Assembly: GCA_041742075.1 (NCBI GenBank)
Contig: JBGSJJ010000015.1
Span: forward strand, 65,132 to 129,131
Length of the DNA stretch: 64,000 bases
Origin: Minisyncoccia bacterium
GTDB taxonomy: Bacteria; Patescibacteriota; Minisyncoccia; Phycocordibacterales; UBA918
Direction of reading: 5' to 3'
The notes beneath the pieces were generated by a model. The model had not been told where the DNA came from and did not search any database. It was given only the letters and a program-made list of their open reading frames with translations. Shown here one piece after another: positions 36,879-47,099 of the stretch. The translations under genes and the position numbers were made by a program. Position 1 is the stretch's first letter, and the number at the start of each line of letters is the position of its first letter.

Positions 36879-38687
36879 TTAATTAGAAAAAGTAATGTCA
36901 TCTGCCATATTTTTTTCAAATTCTTCTCTTTCCAAAAAAGGAAACATGTCTTCAAGTGGCTTACTTACCATTGTGCCGTCAGCCAATTTTTCTGAATACA
37001 CTTTAGGCCATAGTGGTTGAGTAGGTGACATCTTTATGTTGCAGAGCACCGGTCCAGGATAACTTAAAGTCTCTTCTATTATTTGTTTTATATTGGAATG
37101 ATCATTTATCTCTAAGTAACCAATACCAAATGTCTTTGCAACATCCTTAAAATCTGGAAAGCTAACACCACTTTCTTCATCCACCGCTACTAAATTACCT
37201 CCAAAAAAGGAATTCTGGGTATTTTTAATGGCCAAATATCCATTATTGTTAATAAGAAATATTTTTAAAGGTATTTTGTAGTGCTTAATAGTTTGGAGTT
37301 CTTGCAAATTCATCATAATACTACCGTCTCCAGTCAATAATGTAATTCTATCTTTACCTGTCGCAAACCAACCTCCTATAGCTGAAGGCAAATCGTACCC
37401 CATAGAAGCACAACCTACACTGCTGAATAAACGTTGATCTTTCTGTACCTTAAATGACTGGAGAGTGCCCGTGAATGAAGTTCCAACTCCGGTCATAATG
37501 ATGTCACCTTCAGTCAAACAATCTGAAAGTACTTCAGTAAAATAGTAAGAATTGACGTATTCTTTTTCATCTTTATACGACGGTAAAATTACCGGATATT
37601 TCTCCTTCCAGTCAATCACACGAGTAATCCAAGCGTCAATATCTGTTTTCTTTTCAGCACTGGTTAATAATTCAGTAATAAAAAGCTTTGCGTCACAATG
37701 TATAGCTACATCAGGGACAACAGTTTTTTTATTTAATTCATTTATGTCGATTTCAACAACTACTTTTGTAGCATTTCGAGCAAACTCCTTGTAGTTGTAG
37801 CCTACATTCCATAAGTGATGACGTGCTCCAATACTGATAAGCAAATCAGCGTTTTGAATAGCGAAGTTACCTGCACGGTCTCCAAATACACCTGGTCTAC
37901 CAGCAAACAGTCTATGATTTGTAGGAATGAGATCATGGGCTGCCATTGCAGTAAGTATCGGAACGTTCAGTTTTTCTGCCAGCTCTAGAAATTCTTTATG
38001 AGCTCCTGATAAACGAATCCCGTACCCAGCAAAGATTAATGGTTTCCGAGCATTTTTAATGAGCGATAACACATGAGTCATCTGATCCTTAAACTCAGGC
38101 GATACTGGAACCAGTAAATTCTCCTTTTCAGGATCAAAAGACTTAATTGCATCTAGATCAACCTCACACGTCTGAATATCAGAGGGAATATCTAATAAAA
38201 CAGGGCCAGGACGCCCTGATTTTGCCAGAAATACTGCCTTTTCTAAATGATATCGAATATCATTTGGATCATCCACAATTTCACAATACTTTGTGATAGG
38301 TTTAGCTATATCAACAATATTTATTTCTTGTACTCCCAACTGACGTAAGTCTGTATTTGTCATCATAACTTCTCGTTTGACTTGTCCAGACAAATATAGA
38401 GTAGCGATTGAATCAGTCCAAGCCCCCATAATGCCAGTTAGAGTGTTAGTAGCAGCCGGGCCGACAGTGGTCACACATACACCAATGTTTCCCCCTACTC
38501 GACCATAGGCTTCAGCAGCCATTGCACAGGCTTGTTCATGGTGGTTAGAAATATTCAATAAATCTTTATGTTTACTGATGGCATCAATCATGCTGACATT
38601 ACCGCCACCAGGAATTAAAAAAACATGTTTCACCCCCAGAGAAGCAATATAATTGGCAATATAATCAGAAACTTTTATTTTTCTCAT
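36879..38687 (-). CDS. Thiamine-diphosphate-dependent enzyme of the acetolactate-synthase/YerE-like family
   Basis: 602 aa. N-terminal Pyr domain (YIANYIASLGVKHVFLIPGGGN), central domain, C-terminal PP domain with GDGSIMMNLQEL (the TPP-binding GDG-x24-NN motif). Confidence 0.8.
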   Translation of the reverse strand: MRKIKVSDYIANYIASLGVKHVFLIPGGGNVSMIDAISKHKDLLNISNHHEQACAMAAEAYGRVGGNIGVCVTTVGPAATNTLTGIMGAWTDSIATLYLSGQVKREVMMTNTDLRQLGVQEINIVDIAKPITKYCEIVDDPNDIRYHLEKAVFLAKSGRPGPVLLDIPSDIQTCEVDLDAIKSFDPEKENLLVPVSPEFKDQMTHVLSLIKNARKPLIFAGYGIRLSGAHKEFLELAEKLNVPILTAMAAHDLIPTNHRLFAGRPGVFGDRAGNFAIQNADLLISIGARHHLWNVGYNYKEFARNATKVVVEIDINELNKKTVVPDVAIHCDAKLFITELLTSAEKKTDIDAWITRVIDWKEKYPVILPSYKDEKEYVNSYYFTEVLSDCLTEGDIIMTGVGTSFTGTLQSFKVQKDQRLFSSVGCASMGYDLPSAIGGWFATGKDRITLLTGDGSIMMNLQELQTIKHYKIPLKIFLINNNGYLAIKNTQNSFFGGNLVAVDEESGVSFPDFKDVAKTFGIGYLEINDHSNIKQIIEETLSYPGPVLCNIKMSPTQPLWPKVYSEKLADGTMVSKPLEDMFPFLEREEFEKNMADDITFSN

Positions 38688-38691
38688 ACAT

Positions 38692-39459
38692 TCAGTGAAT
38701 AGTTAACACAGTAAATATATCATTTGTTGGTTTTAAATTCTCATAGTGTTCCAAAAACCACTCTCCTGAGCAAATATCACCGACAGACAACACGACTTCC
38801 CCGCTATTATCTAAAACATCTGTATCAAGAAAACTAATAGTACAAAAATGCTTTTGTTTCACTTCTTCATAAAAACTCCCCCAATCTTCTCGATTATGGA
38901 GCACAACATTACTATTCTTTATTACTTTTTGAATTATCTTACGCTCTTCATAAATATCATTATGAAAATCATGATACTCATAATCTTGTGTATTAACTGA
39001 TAACTCCTTGCCAGCCTCATATCCCTTATTTTCTCTACCGTATTTATCTTGCAATCTCACTAAATCGGTTTTTTCTGGCGGACTTTCAATTTCCATTATA
39101 AATGCCCCATCCTCACAGTCTGACGCAGTAGAGTGAAAGGTGGCTTTATCAATCATAATGCAATCTCGACAGGTGAGACTGTGAATATCGCACAAAGACG
39201 ATGTTTTTACTGATCCATCCAAAACATAGAGCGAGGTCTTCTTTTTTGGATGACAGTGCATTGATGTCTGAGATCCCCCTTTTAAAAATAAAATCCAGAT
39301 TGCGACATGATCATTTTCAAATAACAAATACTCATACCCCCAAGGTTTATTTACTACAATACCTTTATAGTCAAATTTCTCTGGTGCAGATATCTGACCT
39401 GTCTCCCTTAAAGATAATTCGTTTACATCTGTTTGGTTTTGGGCAATTTTTTTAATCAT
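38692..39459 (-). CDS. Cupin-domain protein, putative NDP-sugar isomerase/epimerase
   Basis: NKPWGYEYLLFENDHVAIWILFLKGGSQTSMHCHPKKKTSLYVLDG is the cupin His/Glu metal motif. 255 aa. Confidence 0.55.
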   Translation of the reverse strand: MIKKIAQNQTDVNELSLRETGQISAPEKFDYKGIVVNKPWGYEYLLFENDHVAIWILFLKGGSQTSMHCHPKKKTSLYVLDGSVKTSSLCDIHSLTCRDCIMIDKATFHSTASDCEDGAFIMEIESPPEKTDLVRLQDKYGRENKGYEAGKELSVNTQDYEYHDFHNDIYEERKIIQKVIKNSNVVLHNREDWGSFYEEVKQKHFCTISFLDTDVLDNSGEVVLSVGDICSGEWFLEHYENLKPTNDIFTVLTIH

Positions 39460-39511
39460 CGTTATCTAAATACTAAACTTCAATTTCCTAAAGCAAAATA
39501 ATAAAAATAAA

Positions 39512-40282
39512 CTATTTCCACAACCTCCATGGAGCTTGATTGTTCTTCCACATCTCTTCGAGTTTGTTTTTGTCGTTTAAGCTATCCATCGGCTTCCAAA
39601 AACCGTCATGATTGAATGCTTTAAGCTCACCTAAAGTAGCAAGTTTTTCCAGCGGATCCTTTTCAAAAATTGTTTCGTCATTTTCAAGATACTTAAACAC
39701 CTCTGGTTGAAGTACAAAGAACCCCCCATTGACACGATTTTTGTTGTCAGTCTTTTCACTAAAAGAAGTCACTGACGATTTGTCATTAATAGACAGTACA
39801 CCAAACTTACCTTCTGGCACTACTGCTGTGACTGTGGCAAGCTTTTTGTGTGCTTTGTGCGCTTCTACGAGAGCTTTAATGTCTACATTTGAGACACCAT
39901 CACCATAGGTAAGCATAAAGGTCTCGTTACCTATGTACTCTTCTACACGTTTGACCCTGCCACCGGTCATAGTATGTTCCCCGGTATCAACAAGAGTAAC
40001 TTTCCATTTTTCACTTCGGTTTTTGTGAAAAGTCGTTGTGTTGTGCTCCAAGTCAATCGTCGCATCGTTGGTATGTAAATAGTAGTTATTGAACCACTCT
40101 TTTATGTAGTAGCCCTTGTAACCAAGACAAATCACAAAGTCATTAAAGCCGTAATGGGAATAGATTTTCATGATGTGCCAAAGAATTGGCTTACCACCAA
40201 TTTCAACCATCGGTTTCGGGCGCAAATGCGTCTCTTCGCTAATTCGCGTTCCGTATCCTCCAGCTAAAATAACAACTTTCAT
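39512..40282 (-). CDS. rfbF: Glucose-1-phosphate cytidylyltransferase
   Basis: MKVVILAGGYGTRISEETHLRPKPMVEIGGKPILWHIMKIYSHYGFNDF is near-identical in pattern to RfbF/DdhA. Confidence 0.88.
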   Translation of the reverse strand: MKVVILAGGYGTRISEETHLRPKPMVEIGGKPILWHIMKIYSHYGFNDFVICLGYKGYYIKEWFNNYYLHTNDATIDLEHNTTTFHKNRSEKWKVTLVDTGEHTMTGGRVKRVEEYIGNETFMLTYGDGVSNVDIKALVEAHKAHKKLATVTAVVPEGKFGVLSINDKSSVTSFSEKTDNKNRVNGGFFVLQPEVFKYLENDETIFEKDPLEKLATLGELKAFNHDGFWKPMDSLNDKNKLEEMWKNNQAPWRLWK

Positions 40283-41349
40283 GAAATATTAAAAAAAGAT
40301 TTAATTTGACTACTCGTAATGGCTTTTACATCCCCTCGTTCGTAATACTCTTTATACCACAAAGCAGTGTCATTAATGGTTTGTTTATAGGTTAACGTAG
40401 GTTGCCACCCAAGCTCAGTGATTGCTTTTGATACATCGAGCCGTAAAAGGTGCGTTTCGTGTAAGTCTGGTTGGGGTTCAATTAAAACAGATCCTCGACC
40501 GATGTGTTCCAACATGGTCCGAGTTACCGACTCAACACTCTCAAAACTCTCTGATAGTGGACCGAAGTTCCAAGCTTCAGCACATCTTGTTTGACCTGCA
40601 AACAACCGCTGGCCGAGCAGGAGATAACCTGAGAGTGGCTCAAGCACATGCTCCCACGGTCGTACCGCTTTAGGGTACCTCAGTAAGACCGGTACGCTTT
40701 TCTCATAAACCGATCGCATAATTTCTGGTATCAGTCGGTCGACTGACCAATCCCCACCTCCAATAACGTTACCAGCTCGAGCAATAGCCACAAGCGTGTC
40801 ATGTTTAATCTTGTAATCTTTCGGATTAAAAAATGACTGCATGTATGACTGAGCGATAATGTCTGCTGCTGCCTTACTCGCACTATACGGGTCGTACCCA
40901 CCAAGCATATCTATTTCACGATACGGATATACCCAATCCTGATCTTTATATACTTTGTCAGTCGTAACTACGACCACTGCTTTTACTGTATTCACCTGCT
41001 TAATGGCATCAAGCACACTTGCAGTACCTGTAGCGTTAGTTGAAAACGTCAAAAGTGGTTCATCATAACTGCGTCTAACTAAGGGCTGAGCGGCTAAATG
41101 AAAAACAATTTCGGGTTGTTCTTGAATAAGTATTTGCTTGAAATTAGCTGTATCACGAATATCACAAAAATAACTGGCGATTTTACGTTGGTGCCCAAGG
41201 AGGGTAAAAAGATTTGGATTAGCGGCTGGGGCCAAAGCTACCCCGACTACCTCCGCCTCCCACTGTAAAAGTATCTCAGTCAGCCATGACCCCTTAAAAC
41301 CCGTATGGCCGGTAATCAGCACCCTTTTCCCGCGGTAAAAATCCTTCAT
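40279..41349 (-). CDS. rfbG: CDP-glucose 4,6-dehydratase. Start is probably the Met at 41349; the track's is 41412.
   Basis: FYRGKRVLITGHTGFKGSWLTEILLQWEAEVVG, YSASKAAAD (YxxxK). Overlaps rfbF by 4 nt. Confidence 0.85.
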   Translation of the reverse strand: MKDFYRGKRVLITGHTGFKGSWLTEILLQWEAEVVGVALAPAANPNLFTLLGHQRKIASYFCDIRDTANFKQILIQEQPEIVFHLAAQPLVRRSYDEPLLTFSTNATGTASVLDAIKQVNTVKAVVVVTTDKVYKDQDWVYPYREIDMLGGYDPYSASKAAADIIAQSYMQSFFNPKDYKIKHDTLVAIARAGNVIGGGDWSVDRLIPEIMRSVYEKSVPVLLRYPKAVRPWEHVLEPLSGYLLLGQRLFAGQTRCAEAWNFGPLSESFESVESVTRTMLEHIGRGSVLIEPQPDLHETHLLRLDVSKAITELGWQPTLTYKQTINDTALWYKEYYERGDVKAITSSQIKSFFNIS

Positions 41350-41453
41350 ATATTGTATAACCCCAAAAGTAGCTTGAAGTATACAGATAGAGTGTATATC
41401 TGCAACCTGCACGAACCAAATCGGATATTGATGTACATTTGAGCCAAAAAGAA

Positions 41454-41476
41454 CCCCACGAGTATAAATCGTGGGG
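41454..41476 (-). terminator. Terminator hairpin downstream of the 41533..42210 gene
   Basis: ccccacga gtataaa tcgtgggg. Minus-strand reading is followed by TTCTTTTTGG. Confidence 0.45.
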
Positions 41477-41532
41477 AAATGAGTTTATGTGGTTGTGGTA
41501 AGTGGTTACGTCCCGCTCTGATTCTGGTTTAG

Positions 41533-42210
41533 CTACAACGAGTCACGCGTGCGGAAATACTCAATGAGCTCTTCCAGGGTGGCGTGCGGGGTGAACGTCG
41601 CACTATCCCTGTCAGCGTACCTAATCACGCGGTCAAACTCTTCGCGCATGTGAACGTCGATGAGTGTACCTGAGAATGGAGTTCCATTGAGGACACCCTT
41701 CGTCGCAATCATCTGCCAATTGATGGTCGCAAGAGTCCTGGTGTAAACCTTCAATTTTGAACTGGCCCGCTCCAAGCAGAACACCATTTGGAGCATACAT
41801 CGCAGAATGTGATGCGGATAACTCATGATAGTCAAACTTTCCCAGCCATTCTCTTCTGCCAGTTTAATCAGGTTGGCGCTCTCTGTCGCCGTATACTTCG
41901 ACGGCTGGATCATGAGAAAATCTTCGCAACCCAAATCATAGAGTACTCTACCCCATGTACCAGAGCCTGGATACGCTAAACGCTGGCCGTTTGGCCAACA
42001 CTCCGCGTCCGAAAGACCATTAATTACGACACAACCTGTTTCACCTACACGGGACATTTGAACTGCTGTACGCAGAAGTTCGGTGTCAATTTCATCGTTC
42101 GCTGCCGGTGAGCCATGAACGAACACGGCGTCGGTTTTTTCACGCCTATCAAGGAGCACGAGAAGTTGCGCTCGAGCGTAGTTGAGCGGATCAATTGAGT
42201 AAACGGTCAT
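41533..42210 (-). CDS. Hypothetical protein, possibly DUF218/YdcF-like
   Basis: 225 aa. Higher-GC than its neighbours. Loose resemblance to the DUF218 core (AVFVHGSPAANDE). Confidence 0.4.
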   Translation of the reverse strand: MTVYSIDPLNYARAQLLVLLDRREKTDAVFVHGSPAANDEIDTELLRTAVQMSRVGETGCVVINGLSDAECWPNGQRLAYPGSGTWGRVLYDLGCEDFLMIQPSKYTATESANLIKLAEENGWESLTIMSYPHHILRCMLQMVFCLERASSKLKVYTRTLATINWQMIATKGVLNGTPFSGTLIDVHMREEFDRVIRYADRDSATFTPHATLEELIEYFRTRDSL

Positions 42211-42494
42211 CCATTAACCTTTCGTGTTAGTGAACTTCAAGATGGATATCTTTCTCTCTTGATTCATAACACAATATATCAATATAGTCAATTCCTAGTC
42301 ACTACCTACCCAATTCTTAAGAAAGAATTTCTACCTCAAGAATCTGCAACTTTTTAAGTGTCTCGACGATTATAAAAGAGGTGAATCAAAATGATTGCTA
42401 TGTGAGGCTTTCAGTTCGGTACAATATTTGTGTAAACTCTCTTTTCTGTTACAATTTTGATGCAAAAAGTATATTAAAAACTCTAAAATAACCT

Positions 42495-43733
42495 ATGGCA
42501 ACAAAAAAAACTCCACCTGCAAAAAATAAACTACGTGTGCCCTATGGTTTCTCTGTCCATGGCCAAGAAGAAATCGATGCAGTTGTTGAAGTTCTCAAAG
42601 GTAACACCGCACTTGGTGAAAAAACTCAAGTTTTTGAAGAACGAATTGCCAAGATGTTTGGTAAAAAATACGGTGTAATGGTGAACTCTGGTTCGTCAGC
42701 TAACTTGCTCGCTTTTGAACTACTGCAATTACCACCTGGCTCTGAAGTCATTACCCCTATCTTAAGTTTTGCCACGGTGGTTGGTCCGATTGTTCAAAAA
42801 GGACTGACTCCGGTCTTTGTTGATGTTGATCCAGACACCTATAACGTAAATGTAGACGCAGTTGAGAAAGCTATCAGTAAAAAAACTAAGGCGCTCATGA
42901 TTCCTTCACTCATGGGTAACATTCCTGACCTGCCAAGACTCCACACCTTAGCGAAAAAGCACAAACTCGTTTTGATTGAAGACTCTTGCGATACGCTTGG
43001 TGGCACCATCAACAAAAAGCCAACTGGTATGTTTTCGGATATATCTATCACAAGCTTCTATGGTTCTCACATCATCAATGGAGCTGGTGGCGGAGGTATC
43101 ATCATGGTCAACAACCCAGAGTGGGCCAATCGTCTTAAGGTACTTCGTGGTTGGGGGCGCCAGTCTTCCCTGTTTGGTGAAAAGGGTAATTCTGAATTAC
43201 TTAAGAATCGCTTCAATACAAAACTAAATGGCATAGCGTATGATGCCAAGTTTATTTTTAGTTCAATCGGCTACAACTTTTTACCGCTCGAGATTTCTTC
43301 AGCCTTTGCTTTAGCACAACTAAAAAGATTGCCTGGCTTTCTCGCGTTACGCCTGAAGCACTACAATCGACTCTACGAATTCTTTAGTGGTCACCAAGAC
43401 TTCTTTATCCTGCCACGCCAAACCCCGGCTACAACAACTGCTTGGCTGGCGTTCCCACTCATCATCAAACCAAAAGCTCCCTTCACTCGACTAGAATTAG
43501 TTACATTTTTAGAAGAGCAAAACATTCAAACCCGTCCTGTCTTTACCGGCAACATCCTCAAGCAACCAGGTTTTAAGAGGATAGCCCACCGAAAAGCGAC
43601 ACCAACTTTCCCAAACACCGAACTCGTTATGAGAAATGCTTTTGTGGTTGGTTGCCACCAAGGACTCACGGAGGAACAGATTACGTATATGCAAAATTGC
43701 TTTGAAACGTTTTTAGCGAAATACAAAAAGTAA
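42495..43733 (+). CDS. rfbH: DegT/DnrJ/EryC1-family PLP/PMP enzyme with the hallmark of CDP-4-keto-6-deoxy-D-glucose-3-dehydrase (E1, RfbH/DdhC): His in place of the Schiff-base Lys
   Basis: Aspartate-aminotransferase-fold motifs (VNSGSSANLLA, IEDSCDTLGG) are present. The catalytic position reads SITSFYGSHIINGAGGGG, where canonical aminotransferases have SF(H/Y)xxK. Encoded next to ddhA/ddhB. Confidence 0.65.
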   Translation: MATKKTPPAKNKLRVPYGFSVHGQEEIDAVVEVLKGNTALGEKTQVFEERIAKMFGKKYGVMVNSGSSANLLAFELLQLPPGSEVITPILSFATVVGPIVQKGLTPVFVDVDPDTYNVNVDAVEKAISKKTKALMIPSLMGNIPDLPRLHTLAKKHKLVLIEDSCDTLGGTINKKPTGMFSDISITSFYGSHIINGAGGGGIIMVNNPEWANRLKVLRGWGRQSSLFGEKGNSELLKNRFNTKLNGIAYDAKFIFSSIGYNFLPLEISSAFALAQLKRLPGFLALRLKHYNRLYEFFSGHQDFFILPRQTPATTTAWLAFPLIIKPKAPFTRLELVTFLEEQNIQTRPVFTGNILKQPGFKRIAHRKATPTFPNTELVMRNAFVVGCHQGLTEEQITYMQNCFETFLAKYKK

Positions 43734-43743
43734 CATCGCTTCT

Positions 43744-44727
43744 ATGAGCTCTCCAGTTTTAAGTATCTGTATACCGACCTATAATCGGTCCCATTACCTC
43801 AAGCGATGTCTCGATAACATTGTTGAGCATTTTAAACAAAACCCCGAACTTAAAAACATGGTAGAAGTGGTCGTTTCTGATAACTGCAGTACCGATGAGA
43901 CAGGAGTAATTGTCCACTCATTCGCAGAAAAAATACCTCTTTTGGTCTACACGCGAAACCAGGAGAATATTGGGTTTGACCGCAACATCAAAGAAGTTGT
44001 TACTAAAGCCAGTGGCCGGTATTGCTGGTACTTAGGTGACGATGACCTAATTATTCCTGGCGCTTTAAAAGTTGTCTTCGATAAATTTGCTACCAACAAG
44101 TACGATCTCATCACGATGAACTCTCTTCCTTTATGGGATGTGAGTGGTATTATTCCGCCACAAAGCTACACAGAAGAAAGTTTTGTTGAACTTCAAGATC
44201 ATAACGAATTCTATTTTCGTGTCTACTGCCAGGGGGGTGTCAGTGTCCTCGCTTTCTCTCGAGAGCTTTGGCTTCAGCTCGTAACAATGGAAAATTATTT
44301 GGAGCATTGGCTCTACTATGAAAATGTGCTGAAAATTCTTGCGAACTCCAACAAACCAAAAGTATTTGTTGCTACTCCCGTTATTGCCACTGGGCAAGAT
44401 TGTCGCTGGGCTGAGAATGGTACGGAATTATTTACTTTTGTGAACTCTATAGTTTTGTTACAAAGAATGACTAGCTATGGATTTGATAAGGGGCGTATTC
44501 AAAATGATGTAGCTCGAAATAGTAAGTTCCTGATTATTATGGTACTAAGAGCTAAAGGGCATGGACTTGCGTGCAATCGGAAAAATTTTAAGTATATGTA
44601 CACACATATGAAAAAGCTTGTTCCAATTCGGTTACTCATAGCTTCAGCCATTTTTTTTATTCCAAACAAACTCATTGTTTTAGTTCGAGACCTGAGAAAA
44701 ACTCTTTTTAATCTAAAGAAAGCTTAA
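43744..44727 (+). CDS. Glycosyltransferase family 2
   Basis: LSICIPTYNRSHYLKRCLDNI...VVVSDNCSTDETG...YLGDDD (DxD). Confidence 0.8.
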   Translation: MSSPVLSICIPTYNRSHYLKRCLDNIVEHFKQNPELKNMVEVVVSDNCSTDETGVIVHSFAEKIPLLVYTRNQENIGFDRNIKEVVTKASGRYCWYLGDDDLIIPGALKVVFDKFATNKYDLITMNSLPLWDVSGIIPPQSYTEESFVELQDHNEFYFRVYCQGGVSVLAFSRELWLQLVTMENYLEHWLYYENVLKILANSNKPKVFVATPVIATGQDCRWAENGTELFTFVNSIVLLQRMTSYGFDKGRIQNDVARNSKFLIIMVLRAKGHGLACNRKNFKYMYTHMKKLVPIRLLIASAIFFIPNKLIVLVRDLRKTLFNLKKA

Positions 44728-44880
44728 TGGCTAAATATCATTCAGAAGTTTTGTGTATCGAGGGATCTGGCTGGATATAGGCTTTTAAAGCAGTCTGGAT
44801 ATAGATAGGTATTTTGGGATAACTTAAAGAGCTACTATAAACTTACGAAAAACTTTACTAGACCGGCAAGAAAAAAACAT

Positions 44881-45921
44881 ATGCAAAAATTCAACAAAAT
44901 TGTCGTGATGCCAGTACGAAATGAAGAGTGGATACTTGAGAAGACCCTCTCGGTCTTGTCATTATTTGCTGACTACATCATTGTGGCCGATCATAATTCT
45001 ACCGACAGAACAGCCGAAATCTGTAGTAAATTTCCCAAGGTAAGGGTTATAAAAAACGACGCAAAATTTCAGTCGAGCCATATTAGAGGGACGTTACTTG
45101 AAAAAGCGCGAGAGATTGAGGGTAACAACGTCATATTTAGTATCGATGCCGATGAGGTTCCGACAGCAGATATACTAAATGACGAGTTCTGGAAAGAGAT
45201 AGAAAAGATGCCACCTGGTACTGCCATTGAGATGCAGTGGATCAATCTTTGGCGATCATTTACAGAATACCGAGACGACAATTCAGTCTGGGCAAACAGC
45301 TATAAAGTTTTTGGGTTTGTTGATGACCGCCAGTCAAACTTTGTAAGTAAAGCTGGAGACTATGACCATGTATCGAGGGTACCTATTGATGTACTCAAGA
45401 ATATAAAGCGACTTGAAAGTCCTAAGGTCATTCATTTTCAATTTATTGACTGGGAAAAAGTACTCGTGAAGCAGGCTCACTATCGAGTGATTGAATACCT
45501 ACAGAGAAAAAAGGGTTTCATGAATGCTTTTAAAATAAACGTGCGCTATTACTCCTACCGGGAAGACAAAGATGTGAAAACTTCTCCCGTTCCCACTTCC
45601 TGGCTTCATGAGTACGAGCAAAAAGGGCTCGACCTGTGGCATTTCCCAAAAAATAAACTTTCTTGGCTTGATGTTGACACCCTCAAGTTTTTTAAAGAGC
45701 ACAGCCCTCAGCATTTTAGATGGCTTGACGTTTGGGACATAGACTGGGAAACAAAACGACTCCTCGCACTACACGAGGGTATCGATAGTGTCCCTACGGG
45801 TCCTATTATCGATCCTCGGTCATGGTACATACGATACTATCACTCATATGTCCAACAATTTTTTAGTTATAATAGTGTATTGTACAGAGCTTATCGGTAT
45901 AGTATAAAATTTGTTAAATAA
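44881..45921 (+). CDS. Glycosyltransferase family 2-like (Glyco_tranf_2_4-type)
   Basis: IVVMPVRNEEWILEKTLSVL...IIVADHNSTDRT...SIDADE. Confidence 0.55.
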   Translation: MQKFNKIVVMPVRNEEWILEKTLSVLSLFADYIIVADHNSTDRTAEICSKFPKVRVIKNDAKFQSSHIRGTLLEKAREIEGNNVIFSIDADEVPTADILNDEFWKEIEKMPPGTAIEMQWINLWRSFTEYRDDNSVWANSYKVFGFVDDRQSNFVSKAGDYDHVSRVPIDVLKNIKRLESPKVIHFQFIDWEKVLVKQAHYRVIEYLQRKKGFMNAFKINVRYYSYREDKDVKTSPVPTSWLHEYEQKGLDLWHFPKNKLSWLDVDTLKFFKEHSPQHFRWLDVWDIDWETKRLLALHEGIDSVPTGPIIDPRSWYIRYYHSYVQQFFSYNSVLYRAYRYSIKFVK

Positions 45922-45950
45922 TAAGCCTCCAATTAGGCAAGAAACATCAT

Positions 45951-47066
45951 ATGGAAAAAACTAAAAGCTATTGGTTTGGCAAAAGAGTGCTTGTTACAGG
46001 AGGAGACGGTTTCCTGGCAACACACTTAACAAAAACACTCTTAAAAGAAGGTGCGATGGTTACTATTACCGTTCGCCATAAGCGACCATTTACTACGGCT
46101 GAACTACTAACAGACACCGAGGAAAATGTTGGTACTCCCGATATTGAACATTTTGACATTCTTGACTTGACTGCTCTGCGAAGAGTTTGTGAGCGGCACC
46201 AGATAGACACCATATTTCACTTAGCTGCATCCGCTATTGTTTCAGACGCAGCCAATTCCCCATTTTCAACAATGGAAAACAATGTAGTTGGTACACTCAA
46301 TATTCTTGAAGTAGCCCGCATCAATAAAATACCAAGAGTCCTGATTGCCTCTTCAGACAAGTCCTATGGAGACCACTATAAAGATGACAAGGAAGGATTG
46401 CCGTACAGAGAAAGCTATGCGCTTCGAGGACTCGATGTCTATAGTTCTTCTAAGGTGTGTACTGACATGATTACTCAGACTTATTCCTACCAATTTAAAA
46501 TACCCGCGATTATTACCAGAGCCTGCAATATGTATGGCCCAGGAGATTTAAACTTTTCACGTCTCATTCCAAAAACGTCGATGTGCCTTCTTGCTAGCAA
46601 GCCGCCCATGATTAATGAAGGGAGTGCAAACGTTTTGCGAGAATACATTTATGTAGATGATGTAGTTAACGCATACATGTTTCTTATGGAGAATGTTGCT
46701 GACTATTACGGAGAGAATAACGTAAACATGCCTCGGGATGGCAAAACAACGTATGGTTGGGCAGCCTTTAATGTGGGGAGTTATGGAGCTGAAGAAATTA
46801 AGTCTGTTGAAAAATGCGCAAACATAAAGAGTGTTACTGACGTGATAAATCTCCTTCGAACTAAAATCGCAGACGTTGAGCCAACAGTCCAGGGTCGCCC
46901 CGATAATTTTATCGAAATTCCTGATCAATTTCTTGATTCTTCAAAGCTGATTAATTTCGGCTTCAAGACCAAAACCTCGTTTGAAGAGGGTCTCGGTAAA
47001 ACAGTAGACTGGTACGCAAAAAATTATGCAGTGCTCGAGAATATGGCTTTCAAGTATACCAAATAA
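45951..47066 (+). CDS. NAD-dependent epimerase/dehydratase (extended SDR), putative NDP-4-keto-sugar reductase/epimerase
   Basis: FGKRVLVTGGDGFLATHL, YSSSKVCTD (YxxxK). Confidence 0.7.
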   Translation: MEKTKSYWFGKRVLVTGGDGFLATHLTKTLLKEGAMVTITVRHKRPFTTAELLTDTEENVGTPDIEHFDILDLTALRRVCERHQIDTIFHLAASAIVSDAANSPFSTMENNVVGTLNILEVARINKIPRVLIASSDKSYGDHYKDDKEGLPYRESYALRGLDVYSSSKVCTDMITQTYSYQFKIPAIITRACNMYGPGDLNFSRLIPKTSMCLLASKPPMINEGSANVLREYIYVDDVVNAYMFLMENVADYYGENNVNMPRDGKTTYGWAAFNVGSYGAEEIKSVEKCANIKSVTDVINLLRTKIADVEPTVQGRPDNFIEIPDQFLDSSKLINFGFKTKTSFEEGLGKTVDWYAKNYAVLENMAFKYTK

Positions 47067-47099
47067 TATTGCAGACGTTAACTATAGTGTAAAAAACTC

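Noticed and set aside
42375-42392. Mini-ORF atgattgctatgtga (MIAM*) preceded by aaagaggtg in the rfbH upstream region
   Set aside because: Could be a leader peptide, but a 4-codon ORF is expected by chance in an AT-rich 284-bp divergent promoter region. No attenuator structure seen.
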